64,000 bases of DNA from Paragordius varius (Eukaryota; Animalia; Nematomorpha). The DNA lies in contig OZ176052.1 in the NCBI GenBank assembly GCA_964247055.1, positions 5,456,001 to 5,520,000 of the forward strand, given 5' to 3'. The position numbers and the translations under genes were made by a program. Below are positions 1 through 13,775 of the stretch, one piece after another. The notes below the pieces were generated by a model. It did not search any database, was not told where the DNA came from, and worked only from the letters and a program-made list of their open reading frames with translations. The first letter of the stretch is position 1. Each line of letters starts with the position of its first letter.

Positions 1-120
1 ATATAATACTTGCTGCCACACATTTAAATTTTGTCCTTATTAACATTTAAACGACCCATATATGGCTGTTTTTAATGAAATGTAATATTTGGTTAATTCG
101 GGAGTATTTTCTTTTATTTT

Positions 121-290
121 TTTCGCATGGTATAGTAGGTGGGTCGCCGGATTCTCACACTGCGTGCTTGAGTTCGAACCCCGAAACTACGCAATTTTTC
201 CATCATCACTGCCAGCCCTGGGTAGGCGAGTGTTAAAGCCTTCACATGTCCAGATACAATTTAAGTCTTTACCCTTTAATATAAAAAAAG
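121..290 (+). mobile_element. tRNA-Glu(CTC)-derived SINE-like head or tRNA pseudogene with GC-richer tail
   Basis: A-box-like TGGTATAGTAGGT (128-140), anticodon-loop-like TTCTCAC (152-158) and B-box-like GAGTTCGAACCCC (170-182) occur at tRNA spacing. Stems pair poorly. Only one copy in the window. Confidence 0.45.
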
Positions 291-324
291 GATAAAAGAG
301 ACTCTAAACTGTTTATTTTTTTAG

Positions 325-434
325 ATGCGAAAAGCTCAAAAAATAATTTCGGAAGAAATCCGGTACACACAAACCCCACAATCCATAATTTGACTCCTGA
401 AAAAGCAAGGAGCCTGTGTTTGACGAGATTATAA
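325..434 (+). CDS. Possible terminal exon of a gene starting before the window
   Basis: The acceptor tttttttag (ends 324) is followed by an open frame (D)AKSSKNNFGRNPVHTNPTIHNLTPEKARSLCLTRL*. No homology recognised. Confidence 0.25.
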
Positions 435-1764
435 CTATAAAGTAAAAGGAAACATTAATCTAAGTCATTAAACCCCCCTAAGTGACTTGAAATTAAAATT
501 ACACGCACACACATTTAATCATACAAAGTGGTGTTAAACGAATATCAATATAACATAGCACAAATACATTTTTAATAAAATAGCCAAATTAAATCAAAAA
601 ACCAATTTGATATTATAAGCCCGTGATTTAACAATTATATGTGACATTAATTTTTATATTAAACATTGATTGATTGATCCCAGTTACCATTTTTACCATC
701 TCGATTTTCACAATAAAGTTAATTATATCATATACTCGTAAAAATATCATTATACATACAATAATGTGAAAAATAAATTTATTTAAACCAAATACAATTG
801 ATTCCTTACCAATAAGTTAAGCTTTCCGAACTTGCACCTAAAAGGGGTTTCGTTTAAATCTAGAATTAGATAACGCATACTTTTTTATAAATAAACCGAA
901 TAAGAAAATATACGCTTAAAAATAGTGAATCAAAATATTAAGTAATTAATTTATATTAACAAAAGAATGTCGGATCTACCCATAGTGAGTCAAATTTAGG
1001 GAAAATTTTAATATACTTATTTTACAATTTTTGAAAACTCACCATCTTTTAATATCCAAGAGAATTTTAAAAGTTACGTTGCATTTAATGATAAACCCAC
1101 AAAACTAAAATTATTTATACATAAAGGCAAATGGCTATTTATTTTTGTGCTTCAATATGCTTAATTTGCAAAACGAATCGTTTAAGCTATGTTTTTTATT
1201 GTAACATCAAATGTACTTCGTTATGGCGGTTCTAACGTTTATTTCACAACAGAATCTCAAGACCTGAAAAATATTCGTCGTTTACGATAAAAGCAAGATT
1301 CGGTACCCTTATAATTATACAGAGTGTGCCGTTAAGGGTCAATTTGACTAAAGCATACCAGTTTTTCAAATCCCGAATGGGAGTTATGTTGCACATAATG
1401 AACGCAGAAAATTAAATATTTAGCTAATTGTTAAAAAAAATTATTTAGGAATCAATAAAAACTTTGCAAGTTGTGCTCGAGTGTTAATGTTTTATAAATA
1501 CAGTTTTTAAATGCAAATACCGATTTTTTATTGAAAAATCTAAAGTATTCAAAATGTTTTTTAAATAAATTTTTAGGCTTTATTAAAGGGTAATTTAAAA
1601 TATCAATTATGCACACCCAAAAGTCTCTTAATTTAATCAATTTGATGCAATTAAATCAATAAAGGTCTCTTACCGTGACCATCGTTAATTCTAGCTATCT
1701 TGTCCACCAAATAATAAATTTATGCAAAAAATAATATTATATTAAATTTATTCCAATTTTACGT

Positions 1765-2834
1765 AAAAAACATGTATTTTGAAAGGAAATCGATTATTAT
1801 TTAATATAGTACATCGTCTTCAGAATTCGCTCATCTCTCAGTTAATATATGAGTAATAGAAAAACTCATGGCGAAACCATTCCTCAACCATTCTCCCACT
1901 TTTTCAAAATTGTTTAGGTGCTGCTTTCTAGTGTGCCCCCCATTGATGTGAAGTTGTTTTAGTCAGATGACGTTAGGTTAGGGGAATTAAGCGGATGCGG
2001 GCATCGAAGCGATAATGTCTTTCACTAGTTCTTCTGTTTGAGACGTGGCATTCTCATGTGTCAAGATGACTTTGCCATCTCTTCTGGCATCGTGGTTTTT
2101 AAATATATGCTTGGTATAAATTAATCAACTGTTGTCGATAGTTGTGTATCCGGGTTTCGAACACAGACACAATATTGATATCCAACCAGAAGAGCATGGT
2201 CTACTTTCTGAGCATTTGTGTTCATGGACCGACTTGGCAAGATAAAAGCCACGATTTTTCCGCTTAGAATTTAAGCCACTTCTAATCATTCTGATTTAAA
2301 GTAAAACTGATTTCCTTTTGTGACGTTAATTGCAATTTTTGATTGGACGTTAATCCAATTGTGTGTTACAAGTTTATTGGTCTTTTCATTTGCAGATAAA
2401 TTGTTTTCTGCGATGTTATGCTTCTGCCAATTGTGGTTAAGATAGAGTTGGTTCACCATCCAATAACTTTTCACTTTAGCGTCTTGCAGTTGTATGAGCT
2501 ACTAGAACACCCACATTTTTTCGCATGAACTCACAACTTTTAATGTTTCAAAACCATGTTTCGCATGTGTTAATAGAGAGCATACCGCATGTTTCTGCTA
2601 GCAAACGATCTCAACTGCCTTTTTTCCTGATGGCAAAGCGTGCCGTTAATGTTCTAGGCACAAAATCATTATAATTATGTCATAAAACTAGGACGCTAAT
2701 TTTTGGCGAACTTAACTTGTGTGTGTTTGTCTAATGTTAGATGTAGGAAATGGGGTCTGTATCAAATTAATCGTCTGCGTATTATTCGCTAACGTCTCTT
2801 AGTTAAACCAGTAATAACTTATTGCTACACCTAA
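1765..2834 (-). mobile_element. Degenerate mariner (Tc1/mariner) DNA transposon
   Basis: 5' TIR TA|TTAGGTGTAGCAATAAGTT at 2834. Broken transposase motifs on the minus strand: FVP, RLLAET, LSINTCETWF, GKVILTHENA and PHPLNSPNLTSSD (YSPDLAPSD-like). Many stops and frameshifts. Confidence 0.85.
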
Positions 2835-3170
2835 TAAAGTTACACTGTGTGAAAAGAGGGGATGGACTACCTAAAATTTAGAGAAGTTGAAATACCACTT
2901 TATTGTGATATTATATCACATTTATTTCTAATTTAATGAAATTAAAGCGACAGCATATAAAAATCTATTGTATTTTTATGCAATTTGCAATACATGTATT
3001 GACGTGTCATATTGTCCCGCTTACCCTTCAGCGAATAATTAGCTTTTACATAGACTATTAAAATATTTTAATTTATTTATTGGAATTTCATTGTAATAAT
3101 AAATAATTCACCATTATATCAAATAAAATAAAAAAGTGATTGATATAAATTGTAAAGCTCATCATTTCAT

Positions 3171-5231
3171 TTATACAAATTTAGGAAAACGTCTTTTCTT
3201 ACTCATGTAACGATATTCATTATTATTATCGCTTGTATTTAAGGTATCAAAATTAATGGTATTACTATGGAAATCAGAACACAAATGAGTCCTATTGGAT
3301 TCGTCATGGGCTATACCGCTATCTGTGTGAGAAATATTATCCAAATTATTTTTATAATTATCATTACCATTGTGACATTTGGCGGTATTATCACTATGCA
3401 TCATCACGTGTGGTTTAACGTATTGATAATAAGGGTTTTTAAAAACGCCATCAACAAAATGTATAGGCTCTAAACCATACATACTACTCTCATCAATGGA
3501 GGAAAGAGTATTGCTAAATTTGAGGTCATTGTTTAAAGTGGAATTGAGTTGTGCATAGTTCTTGTAATTATTATAAGCACAATTTAATGCTATATCATTG
3601 TGGTGTGTATCAAAAGCAGATGCATCTCTCATAACGAAAGACCCCCCTAAAATAAAACAACCCTTGCCAATCAAATCTTTCCTAAATGCCTTTGATATTA
3701 TTATGTTTGCTTGATCGGCAGTGTAAATAACATTTGGTTGGAATTTGAAATGTTTTCCTTCAATCAAAAGTTTTCGAAACGAAGAGTTTTCCACCCGATT
3801 AACATTTTCTATGTTTGTCAATGAAAACCTAGCAAAAGTACATTAACAATTAAAGAATTGGTCAATTTAATCTTAAAATATATATAAGGGCTCAAACAAA
3901 AAAAAGAAAAAAATACCTTTTCTGTCGATACGTTGATGATATTTCTGGGGAGGAAACATTTTTAGGGATTGTAAGTGTGGATAATTTACGAGTAATTGGC
4001 GCTATGCTTCGGTCAACACTAACTCTGGGCTGTTTATTTATTTTTAGAGCTTCGGATGACGGGGAAGAGCCATCATTGACAGCTAATAAGGCTTGTTGAT
4101 TAGAACATACAATTCCATAATCATAATTATGCATATCATCTACCGTAGCAACTTTGAGTGCAAAAGACACATTTTGGTCATAATCACCGATAATGTTAAC
4201 ATGATTAATCGTAGTTACAGCTAAAATTAAATAAATATGTTGTTAATTATCCTTTGAGTCTAAAAAATGGTTAAAATATGTATGATAAATGATAAATTGC
4301 GTATAAGCTTTAATGTACAAGATTTTTATTTTAAGAACACATAAACAGGTAATACACAATTTTTTAAGCAATTAAATTTTATGACTCAAACTTTGTTTTG
4401 TGAACAAAAAACAGATAAACAAGTTTATAACTAATTTCAGATTTTTATTACTAAAATATCATTTTGTAAGATTATATATATAATTTTATGAAGAAGTCGG
4501 TTACCATTTTCCAACGTTGAATTGGGAGTGGGAGTTTTAAGATTATTTTGAGGCGAACTAGATATAGGACTAGAATTATTGGGCGTAGGCAAACATTTCC
4601 ACCCTTTAAAGGAATGTATAGGGAACGGATATCCACGTGTTTTATAATCATACGATTGATCCAAAATCTCATGCAAGGATAGGTGTGAGAGTGGATTCAA
4701 TAGTTTTCGCAAAAGTTTGGCATATATTTCAGCGCTTTCTTGTTTTGACATGCCATCATCGTTCATTATTTTGGTGGTTTCAAGGGAATCACAAAAGTGT
4801 CGTCCCTTCATTATTATATCTTCAATGGCAAAACCTTTAAACATACTTAAATCGGGTAGCATGCATATAAGGGCATAACCATTTACTTGTGATATTTCGT
4901 CATAGTGAAACGCCGCATTATTATTTGTCGAATTTTGACAAAATAATGACCCTAAAGCATCAGTGTTAACTGGACAATGAATGCATAAATTTTGAGTTTC
5001 TTCTTTTTGATGATCTTGATTTGAGGATGGTATAGATATAACTATGCCTTCATCATCGATTTCTTGCTCAGGTATTTGATTTGATTCTTGTTGCAGATCT
5101 TCATTATTTTTTGTAAGGTAAGTGGTAGAGGCTTTGTTGTTACAACAATTTTCTGTCCCAAAGCAACATGACAAAAATGTTGATTCCGTTAATTCGGACA
5201 TCATAGTGGGGGGATTAATTTTGGAATGCAT
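3171..5231 (-). CDS. Uncharacterised protein, ~562 aa, 3 exons
   Basis: Exons 5231-4505, 4220-3917 and 3828-3171 join through GT-AG introns of 284 and 88 nt in consistent phase (1689 nt). They unite three long ORFs of the track. No family recognised; upstream exons are possible. Confidence 0.7.
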
Positions 5232-5855
5232 TAGGAATGAAATTGATTACTACACAAAGATGATATAACTATAATTAGATTGATTTGAGTAGCGAAATTA
5301 AATTTCCAGATAAAAATTTAGCACTTGATATTAACAAGTCTGCTCCAGACTTTCCCTTTAATATGATCAAGTGTGTTACGCTTTTATATATAAGATTTTG
5401 CGATGCGATGATAATCAAGTGACATATATATATTGTACAAAAAAAGAACACCGTATACGAAGGGAATTTAGTAATAGCGTGATACAATAATTATATTATA
5501 ATTGAGTTGAGCAAGTTTATAATCTATAAAAAATCGTGATTAACCGAAAATATATATATAGAAACTAGGATAAATTTAGTACGGATACAAAATGTTTTTT
5601 TTGAGCATAAAAGATTTTAAAATGAAATCAGATTAATACATTGTTATATGATTGTTTTACGTAACAATGATAGTTCAGCAGTATTTATCGATCGATAGAA
5701 TATTATATATTTTTTTAAATTTAAGGATACTGCAGGCACAGTTATAACTTATAAAGAGCTATCCATCCAGTTAATACAAAAAATCGATGAATAGAAAATA
5801 TTAATGGTTAAAGGCAATACATGTAACAAGTGTAATTAAATTATTCGATTGAAAA

Positions 5856-8078
5856 ATGCGTTTTCGCTGGAGGAATAATCAAATAAAACAGGAAGAAATA
5901 TACCGTGATAAGGCAACTAAAATTTGTCGTATGTATCTATTTTCGTATATGGATGGTACATAATTAATTAAAAAACAATGAATGCATTTTAACTTTCACA
6001 TGTTTATGTAAATGTATTCGTATTATTATTGTTCAACAATGACGCATAACCTATAATTTGTAGAAAAGTTATAAAAAGCGTTTTAAATTAAACTAAATGT
6101 TTTATGGCATAAAATTGGGTTTTTAGCATAAAAATATAATACGTTCTAAAAACCGCATTTTTTTATCAATATAAATTTAATCTAAAAATATTTTTGGAAA
6201 TGTTATTAATAGATTTCAAGGTTTTTCTTTTTTAAGCTTGTAATAACAGGTAAAAAGTAGTGCAATATCATCTTTCAAAGATTATATTTTAGTTCAAAAA
6301 TACAAATATTGCCTCAATAAAAACAATATACTTTCCAATTATGCTAGCCAAATTTTGTGCCCTTTTATCAGATAGAATTAAAAAAACATGTTGATTCCTA
6401 TATCGTTTTGTAAAAACGGAAAAAAGATTCAACTACTCTATTATATAAAATCTGCTAAATCTATTTTTTGACCGACATTCCTGTACACGTAACCTAATTT
6501 GAATATATCAGAGAAAAGGCCTTTAAATATTTTTTTTCTATTTTCTACCACTGCATAAATCCTATTGTAAAGCTACTTTTAAAAAACTTGTGTACCAATT
6601 TAAAATTAAACAAGTTAGAGTTAGACGTAACCTTTACTCTTAAATAATACAGTATGTAAAATCATGTAAAGCACCCGATTTTAATCTAAATAAATATGGA
6701 AACTTTTAATTATAATCATTTTGTTACCCATTCACATTATTGTATGAATCAAAAAGCAAAATGTAATATTGTGCAATACAAAATAAACCATTCAATACCA
6801 AAAATATTTTTTATTGGAAGTTATGCCTAGACAAATATATTAGTAAAGGTTGGATTTTTCATCATTCAAAAAATAATAATCGGTTTAAGAGCTTATAAAT
6901 GGAGGTTTTAAGGTCTAAACTAGTGGTGATTTTATCAATTGTAGAAATTTTTTCCAACCAAAAAAACTGAAATTAACCGCTCGAATTGGGATTACTTTAT
7001 TGACACAATTTAATATTTAATTTAACTGTTAAACCATATATTATTTTTTAATCATTTAAAAACATATGTTTAAAAATTGGTTTTTTATAGGCGGTAAAAA
7101 TCCCTGTCCTGAATGCATTCATAACCGTTTAGACCCAACCCTATCCCAAAAAGTAAATAAGTAAATATACCAATTTTAAAAGTAACCAAAACTAAAAATG
7201 GGGCAAAATATTTAAAGATACAGTAGGCCCATTTATAATGGCCTATTCACATTATTGTTGGCCAATCGGTAATACAGTAGTATGCGTAATAAAACAAATA
7301 TTCTCCATAATTATATAAACAAATTAATGCTGTAAGATAGGAAAGAATTGTTCAATTTTAACATTTTGTTGTTTTTACCCATACACTACTGTGTTGCCAA
7401 TTGGCCAACTATATATAATGTGAATATGCCAGCATAAATGTGCATAAGGTATATTATATATATACCACACAAATAAATTGCAATTTCCTAAAAAAATGAG
7501 TCAAATAAAATTGCGCAATGTACCTTTTATATTTTCACAGAATAATTTGATAACCCATGTATATAAAAGGACTTCAAAAGAAAAAAACAGAGCCGACTTT
7601 TTCGCAGAATAAAGGTAAGTGTGTGTGATAATTAAATAAATAAATAAAAACAAATAACCGTTTTTGTACTGCAACGCACAATGTATGTTTATTGTTTAAA
7701 TATACTAATTGTCTCTTTTTATCAACATTTCTACGGACTAACCTTTCTTTTTTGGCCATAATTTAATTGTTAAAAATGTCAATTTAAACAAATACTACTG
7801 TCAATAATTTAATATTTAATTAGCAAAAAAATTAAATTTATTTAAACTATACTCTTTCAAATGTATAAACATTCAATGTCATGTTTTATTATGTAAATGT
7901 GACATTAAAGTGTAAATTATGCATAAATTATCAATATCTGCCACCATATTTGTAAATATTAGATGTTAAATGCCAATATTATTGATTTTTATAACATATT
8001 TGATATCATTAGATAAGATATAAAGAGGAAAAAAATAAAAAGAATATTAGCAATTTATTGAATTTCCATAAATTTTGA
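5856..8078 (+). CDS. Candidate small basic protein, 81 aa, 4 exons
   Basis: Exons 5856-5928, 7091-7152, 7570-7614 and 8013-8078, with donors gtatgt/gtaaat/gtaagt, splice in phase to MRFRWRNNQIKQEEIYRDKATKICRGKNPCPECIHNRLDPTLSQKDFKRKKQSRLFRRIKIRYKEEKNKKNISNLLNFHKF. Exons were hand-selected; no homology confirmed. Confidence 0.3.
7224..7444. mobile_element. MITE family A (TIR core GGCCTATTCACATTATTGTTGGCCAA), copy 1
   Basis: Terminal inverted repeats of ~40 bp. Related copies lie at ~47950-48105 and ~53605-53810. Confidence 0.75.
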
Positions 8079-8095
8079 AAAAATAAGTAGCCTAA

Positions 8096-8118
8096 ATATA
8101 TATATATATATATATATA
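8096..8118. repeat. (TA)n microsatellite
   Basis: Seen directly in the sequence. Confidence 0.9.
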
Positions 8119-8599
8119 AATATGAAATTTATTGTATTCATTTGTATTTTTTTATTAATTATATTTTATTTAATTTATCACATTTAAATAAAAACATAAT
8201 TATATTTTTGATTAATCTTGATTATAGTGTTTATGAGTGTCAGGGTATACTTTCTTCAGAATATTCGGATTTCACCTATGATTATTAATATTTAGTAATA
8301 TAATAATTGACACATATTATATATATTTGGGTATTTATGTTATCAAAATTTACTTTAAAAGAGTGATGAATAAAATTGAATTTGAAAGCTATGTAATTTG
8401 GTTTAAAAAGTTATACATTATTACTATTAACATGGAATGGTTTGCTAATTAAAATTCTGTACCCAATACAAAACAATTTTATTTCAAAAGAGCTAAACTG
8501 AAAAACTTAAGTACACAATCTAACCCTAGATGTATGATATCAATTCACTTAAATAAGGTATGGATTAACTAATTCAAAAATAAAGTCAAAAAATCGTAA

Positions 8600-11500
8600 C
8601 TACTTAACATAGCATCTCCTATAAATAAATACCCTTTTATTTTGGCTTATGTTAGGAGTGTCAGTTTTTTGTTCTTTTCCCTCAATTAGTTTATTTTGAA
8701 CTTCATTGTTCATTGAGTTTTCAAATTTAGCAGATATTTCAGGCGGATTTATACCCAATTCCATTACATACACCTTCAAGTATTCTATTTCATGTTGTGT
8801 GGCAGTAAATGCGCTCTTAAGCTCATACAAAAGAACAATATCGTTTCTAAGCTAAATTGGATAAAATAATTATCAAAATAACTCTTTATAAAATATTTAG
8901 AGATATGTCAAATTTTTTGAAAATATCATAATTTTTAACATAAAAAAATAGGACTAACATGATTAAAGGCAATGACAATTTCTTCTGTCGCTGGTGGATG
9001 ATAAGGGTGATTATAGTAAGAATAGGCAAAACGATTTTCAACCACAGCCCCTTTGTTTTCTTTGTTATCTGTAAATAATATTTAACAAAATTAATTAAAA
9101 ATTAAATATACAATATTTAAATTTAGGCTTTTTGTGAAATAAATTTAATCGCATGTATTATATAGAATATCTTTCCAGCACAAACCAAATATGAGATATT
9201 GATTAAAAGCATGGTAATATAATTGGGTAAATAAAAATTAACGATAATTAACCCAGAATAATTAAATATATTTTTACAAAAATAAATATTGTTGGTATAT
9301 TAAATAAATGGTAAATCTTATAATTAATTTAAAATCCCAACATTAATTAAAAAAGCACCTTTTTGTAGACTATTTGATTTTTTCATGCTATCCATATCAG
9401 TTTCAGTCGTGGGAGTAGATGATTCATTTTTTTGCTGTTTTAAAGTGCTAGAATTTGGTAAGACTTTGAGGTCGTCTTTATTAACGGATGAGAGTAGTTC
9501 TGCAAGGGCTTGTTCAATAGCCTTAGTTTTTTTCTGTCCCAAACTAATGGGTAATTTCATCTAAAGGGATAAAATATTTAATTGATAAACTATAAAAGAA
9601 TCAACGGCGAAGTATTATATCAAATTCGAGAGACAAGTGTCGTTTAAAATAGATATCCATAAATTTATAATATAATATATGAGGTCAGAATTTTAAATTT
9701 CGCTTGTAATTGTTTAATAAGATCTCCCAAAACAAATTAAATATAATAAATAAAATAAATAACTCATCACACTAATTTTTTTTATGTCATGTTTTTAACG
9801 TAATCACTGACAAAAATATGTGATAACAATAAAATAATTTGTACAATATAATACTAAAATGTTACCTTATTGCTACGTAAAAAAACTCCAGGGGCTTTGT
9901 AATCCGGAAACTTGATTCCGGTGAAATTGGCTTGATCAAACATTGCCTAAAAGGAAAAAAACATTAATCTTGCCTTATACTTAAATATAAAAGTTTTTGG
10001 TCGACAATAACCGATCTGACTGCTTGATGCAATGTTATAAACCATAAATTAATAGGCGCAAGAATGCATGTCATAACTAAATAAGAAAAAAATTTCAATA
10101 TTAAATTAGTTTAATTACTGTTAAAATACATTTACAATTCACTACATTTATTAAAATTCGCATTTTTTTAAATTTACATACTTGTTTTACATTATATACC
10201 ATTTATTTTGTATTACATGGTAAATATATTTGACTACTATTAAACCTGCATTATTTTCTGATTGTGGATGCATAAAATATTGGAAAGTTTTTCCCCAACA
10301 AACGTTTAAAATAAATATTTTTATTTGTTTAGCAAAAAAATAATTTCTAAACATAATACATATCAAGTTCAAAAGTTAATACCGGTTCAACTAAGAAAAG
10401 ACGCAAGAGAAAAGTAGCAGACGATTAACCCCATTAGACCATCTGATAAAACGACAAACACACACAATGAATTCACCAAAAACTAGCTTTATCTTCAATG
10501 ATCATGTGAAATTTTGTGCCTGAAAAGAAATTGCGGCACGCATTGACATTAGAAAAAAAAGCTATTGAAAGTTATCGATGCTGGCAGAAACATATAATGA
10601 ACATGATCTATCGATTAAAGTGAAATGGACATAACATCGAATTGGTAGGCTCTTTTGTTTACCTAGGAGATGTTATATCATCTCAGAGAAGCCCACAAAA
10701 GGCTATCAAAAGAAGAATACAACAAGGTTGGATAAAATATAATCAATTAAAATATGTTTTCCAAAACAAAAATGTTAACAATCGTAATAAATGGTATCTT
10801 TACAAGGCAGGAATAAGACCTGCTCTTACCTATGGTTCTGAAACATGGGCGTCTAATCAAACAAAACTCCTAACCAGTGAGAACCGAATACTCAAAAGCT
10901 GCTTTCATACACCAGAAATACCAACTTTCATTAAAAAAACCGACAAAATCGATTATATCATTCAAACTAATAGATTGCGTCTCTACGGTCATACTCAGAG
11001 AAGATACGCCACCCATCCTTTAAAAACGGTTGAAAACATTAATATTGATGGCAATAGAAGAAAGGGACGACTACTCTTTTCTTATAATGATAATATAAAA
11101 ATGGACTTGAATCAACGTAGCCTTTCCACAGAACAATGTAAAGTCGTAATTTATGGAGGAAATTACTTCGTGGATACAAAACTCCGAATGTGGAGTCCTA
11201 ATATTATCCATCCATGGTTGGAAAAGTTAAACATAATTTCAATAAGCAAGAGAGTTAGTGCTCGATATCCCACCCGATTGTAAAAGACGATAAAGTGCAA
11301 AAGTTGTTAAATGAATATCAAACTCAAACCTAACAGCTGAAAGAAACATTACATGTACTATAAAAACAATTATATGTCTACGAGCAATGCCAAAAAATGA
11401 CACAAATGAATGAACGTCACATTGAAAGTTACAAAGTGATTTGTGAAATCTTGCTTGAACGTAAAGAAACATATCATTTTCGCATCGAATTCGGAGGGCG

Positions 11501-13740
11501 AAGAGTTAAGGCTTTATTTTTATCCAAAACGGAAATCGTGATTTTCATCTTAGCCGTTCCATCTCCGACGAGGCCAAACTTCGGCAAAAAACAGTCCTCT
11601 TTCTTTCTTGTGGAACCAGAGCGGTATTATTCTGAATTTTGTCCCGTGAAATTGTTAATACACACACTATTGCAATACCTAATCAAAAGCATGCATTCAT
11701 CGAAAAACAACCGGAAAGAGCGAGAAAACATAGCAAAACAATTTGGCTACATGACAATGTTTCGCACATCCAAACTAATGAAAAACACCTTAAAATTGCT
11801 TCGATGGGTTTTTCCGCATCCGAAGAACCCTCCTGACCTGACGCCATCTTCATACAATTTTGCAAAATAATGTATAGTCGTTGGAAATGGCTTGCATGCT
11901 GAGAGATGAAAAAATCGAATAGAAACCGATGTACAATATAAATATAATAATAAATGATTTCCATTCAACGTTTTTTTTAAAAAAACGGTAAAAAATTATG
12001 AATACACCATATATATATAAAATAAAAAGATTTTTGTCCCTTTAAGTTTTGTCTGAAATCCAAAATTTAAATAACAGCTGATTTTAACATAAATAATCAA
12101 TCCACAAAAGCTTTTTAATAAATTTCATTACAAATTGGCGTCAAAGTTAAAATTATTCAAAATTTTACATTCAGATAAGTTTTGTATAACGCGCCTAAAG
12201 GCCACAAACTTTATATTTTTAATTTCTATTATCATGAATATTTATAATAAATTAATTTTTAATTCGCTCAAAATTGATAAAGTGTCAAAGGCGGTAAATA
12301 CATACATAAATTACGGAATCAAAGAATATAGAAGTATTACAAACTTGTTGATATAATTGTTGAGCCACTGATCGAGAACTAGAGGGTCTAAAACGATGTG
12401 TCGAATTTCCAACCGGGCCAAGGTTTCCACTAGTAGCAGAAAGCAGGACATTAGTTGTGGAAGAATAACCACTTCCAGTTACCTTAAATAAAAATTGAAA
12501 TATTCAGATATCCGTAAAAAATAAAAGACATACTTTTTTATGAGGCCATACTATGTATTATAACAACACTTTTAAGATTACAAAATGAGAAAATATGATT
12601 GAGCATGTTACCAATTTACATCTTTCCTTATTTAGAAATTCAAAAAAAATAAGTATTATTTAAAAAAACTAAGGTATGAAATATAGAAAATATTTTTCTA
12701 GTTTTTTTTAAATTTTACTTAAAATATGGTCAAAGACAAATAAATAATGCATCCTCTAATAAGTTTAAAATTATTTATTCTTAAAAAAGATGTTTTAAAA
12801 TTGGGGCCATGTTTGGGTTTAAACTTGAAAAATAAATTTTGATACTGGTTCAATTATTTTTAGTCAAGTATGGGTGATAATATATTTTAAACCAGATAAT
12901 AATAGATTCGATAAAAGTGTAACCGCAAAATACATATACAAAGCAAGGAATATAATATATACTATATTTTTCTGGGAAAATTTAATATACAATTACAAAA
13001 TTTAATCAAATAGAAAGTTAATTTTTGAATAAATCAGAACAACTTTGTTTTAAAAATTTTTTTTTAATTTTTTTTGTTTTTGTGTCAAACGCTTCGGAAA
13101 AAAAGCATAGGTTGCGGTTCTATTCCCTGCAAAATACCATTTGTTTATATAATTAATAATTATGTCATACATTGGGATTGGCACTTGAAATGTTTGTGGA
13201 TGCAGCACTATGTACATGAGAAGGTAGTAATGTTTTATTTGTTGATTGAGGAATACCTGTTCCACCCGTGGTGCTCCCAAGAGCTGAAAAATCAATGGTA
13301 TAATAATTAAATAATATAAAAAGTACAGTTGGATGTGACCTATTAAGAATGAATTTATGATTTTTACTGCGACCACTTATATGAAAAAACAGTCAAAAAC
13401 TTTAAAAAATAAAAATGGTTGATCAAACTTTGATTTTTTTCCATATATGTTGTCACTAAAATTAATTTAAAGGGTGTGTTTGACATTCATAAGCGGTCAG
13501 AACAATTTATATACCTATAACTGGATAAAAAAAACTCAACGTTAATAAAAATAATCATTGCTAGGATACATTTTCTATCATTTTAAATAACAATTTAATA
13601 TGAAAAACTCTATAATAATTTTATACTTCGAATCCGTTTGTATCCAGTTTGAGTGTTGCCTGTAGTGGGATGTGTTGAACTCCCGGCCAGACTTCCACCC
13701 TCCTCACTGCTACTCACCTCCATAGCATTATAATTATAAG

Positions 13741-13775
<35 letters not shown>

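Noticed and set aside
2520-2660. Looked like an LTR integrase HHCC zinc finger
   Set aside because: In the right frame it is the mariner N-terminal HTH region, and it is contiguous with other mariner motifs and a TIR.
11397-11968. Several overlapping ORFs of 65-157 aa
   Set aside because: Frameshifted mariner transposase pieces and their antisense shadows.
13627-13740. GC-rich island next to (TA)n, first taken for a SINE or small RNA
   Set aside because: It is an in-phase DMAP1 exon with AG/GT boundaries.
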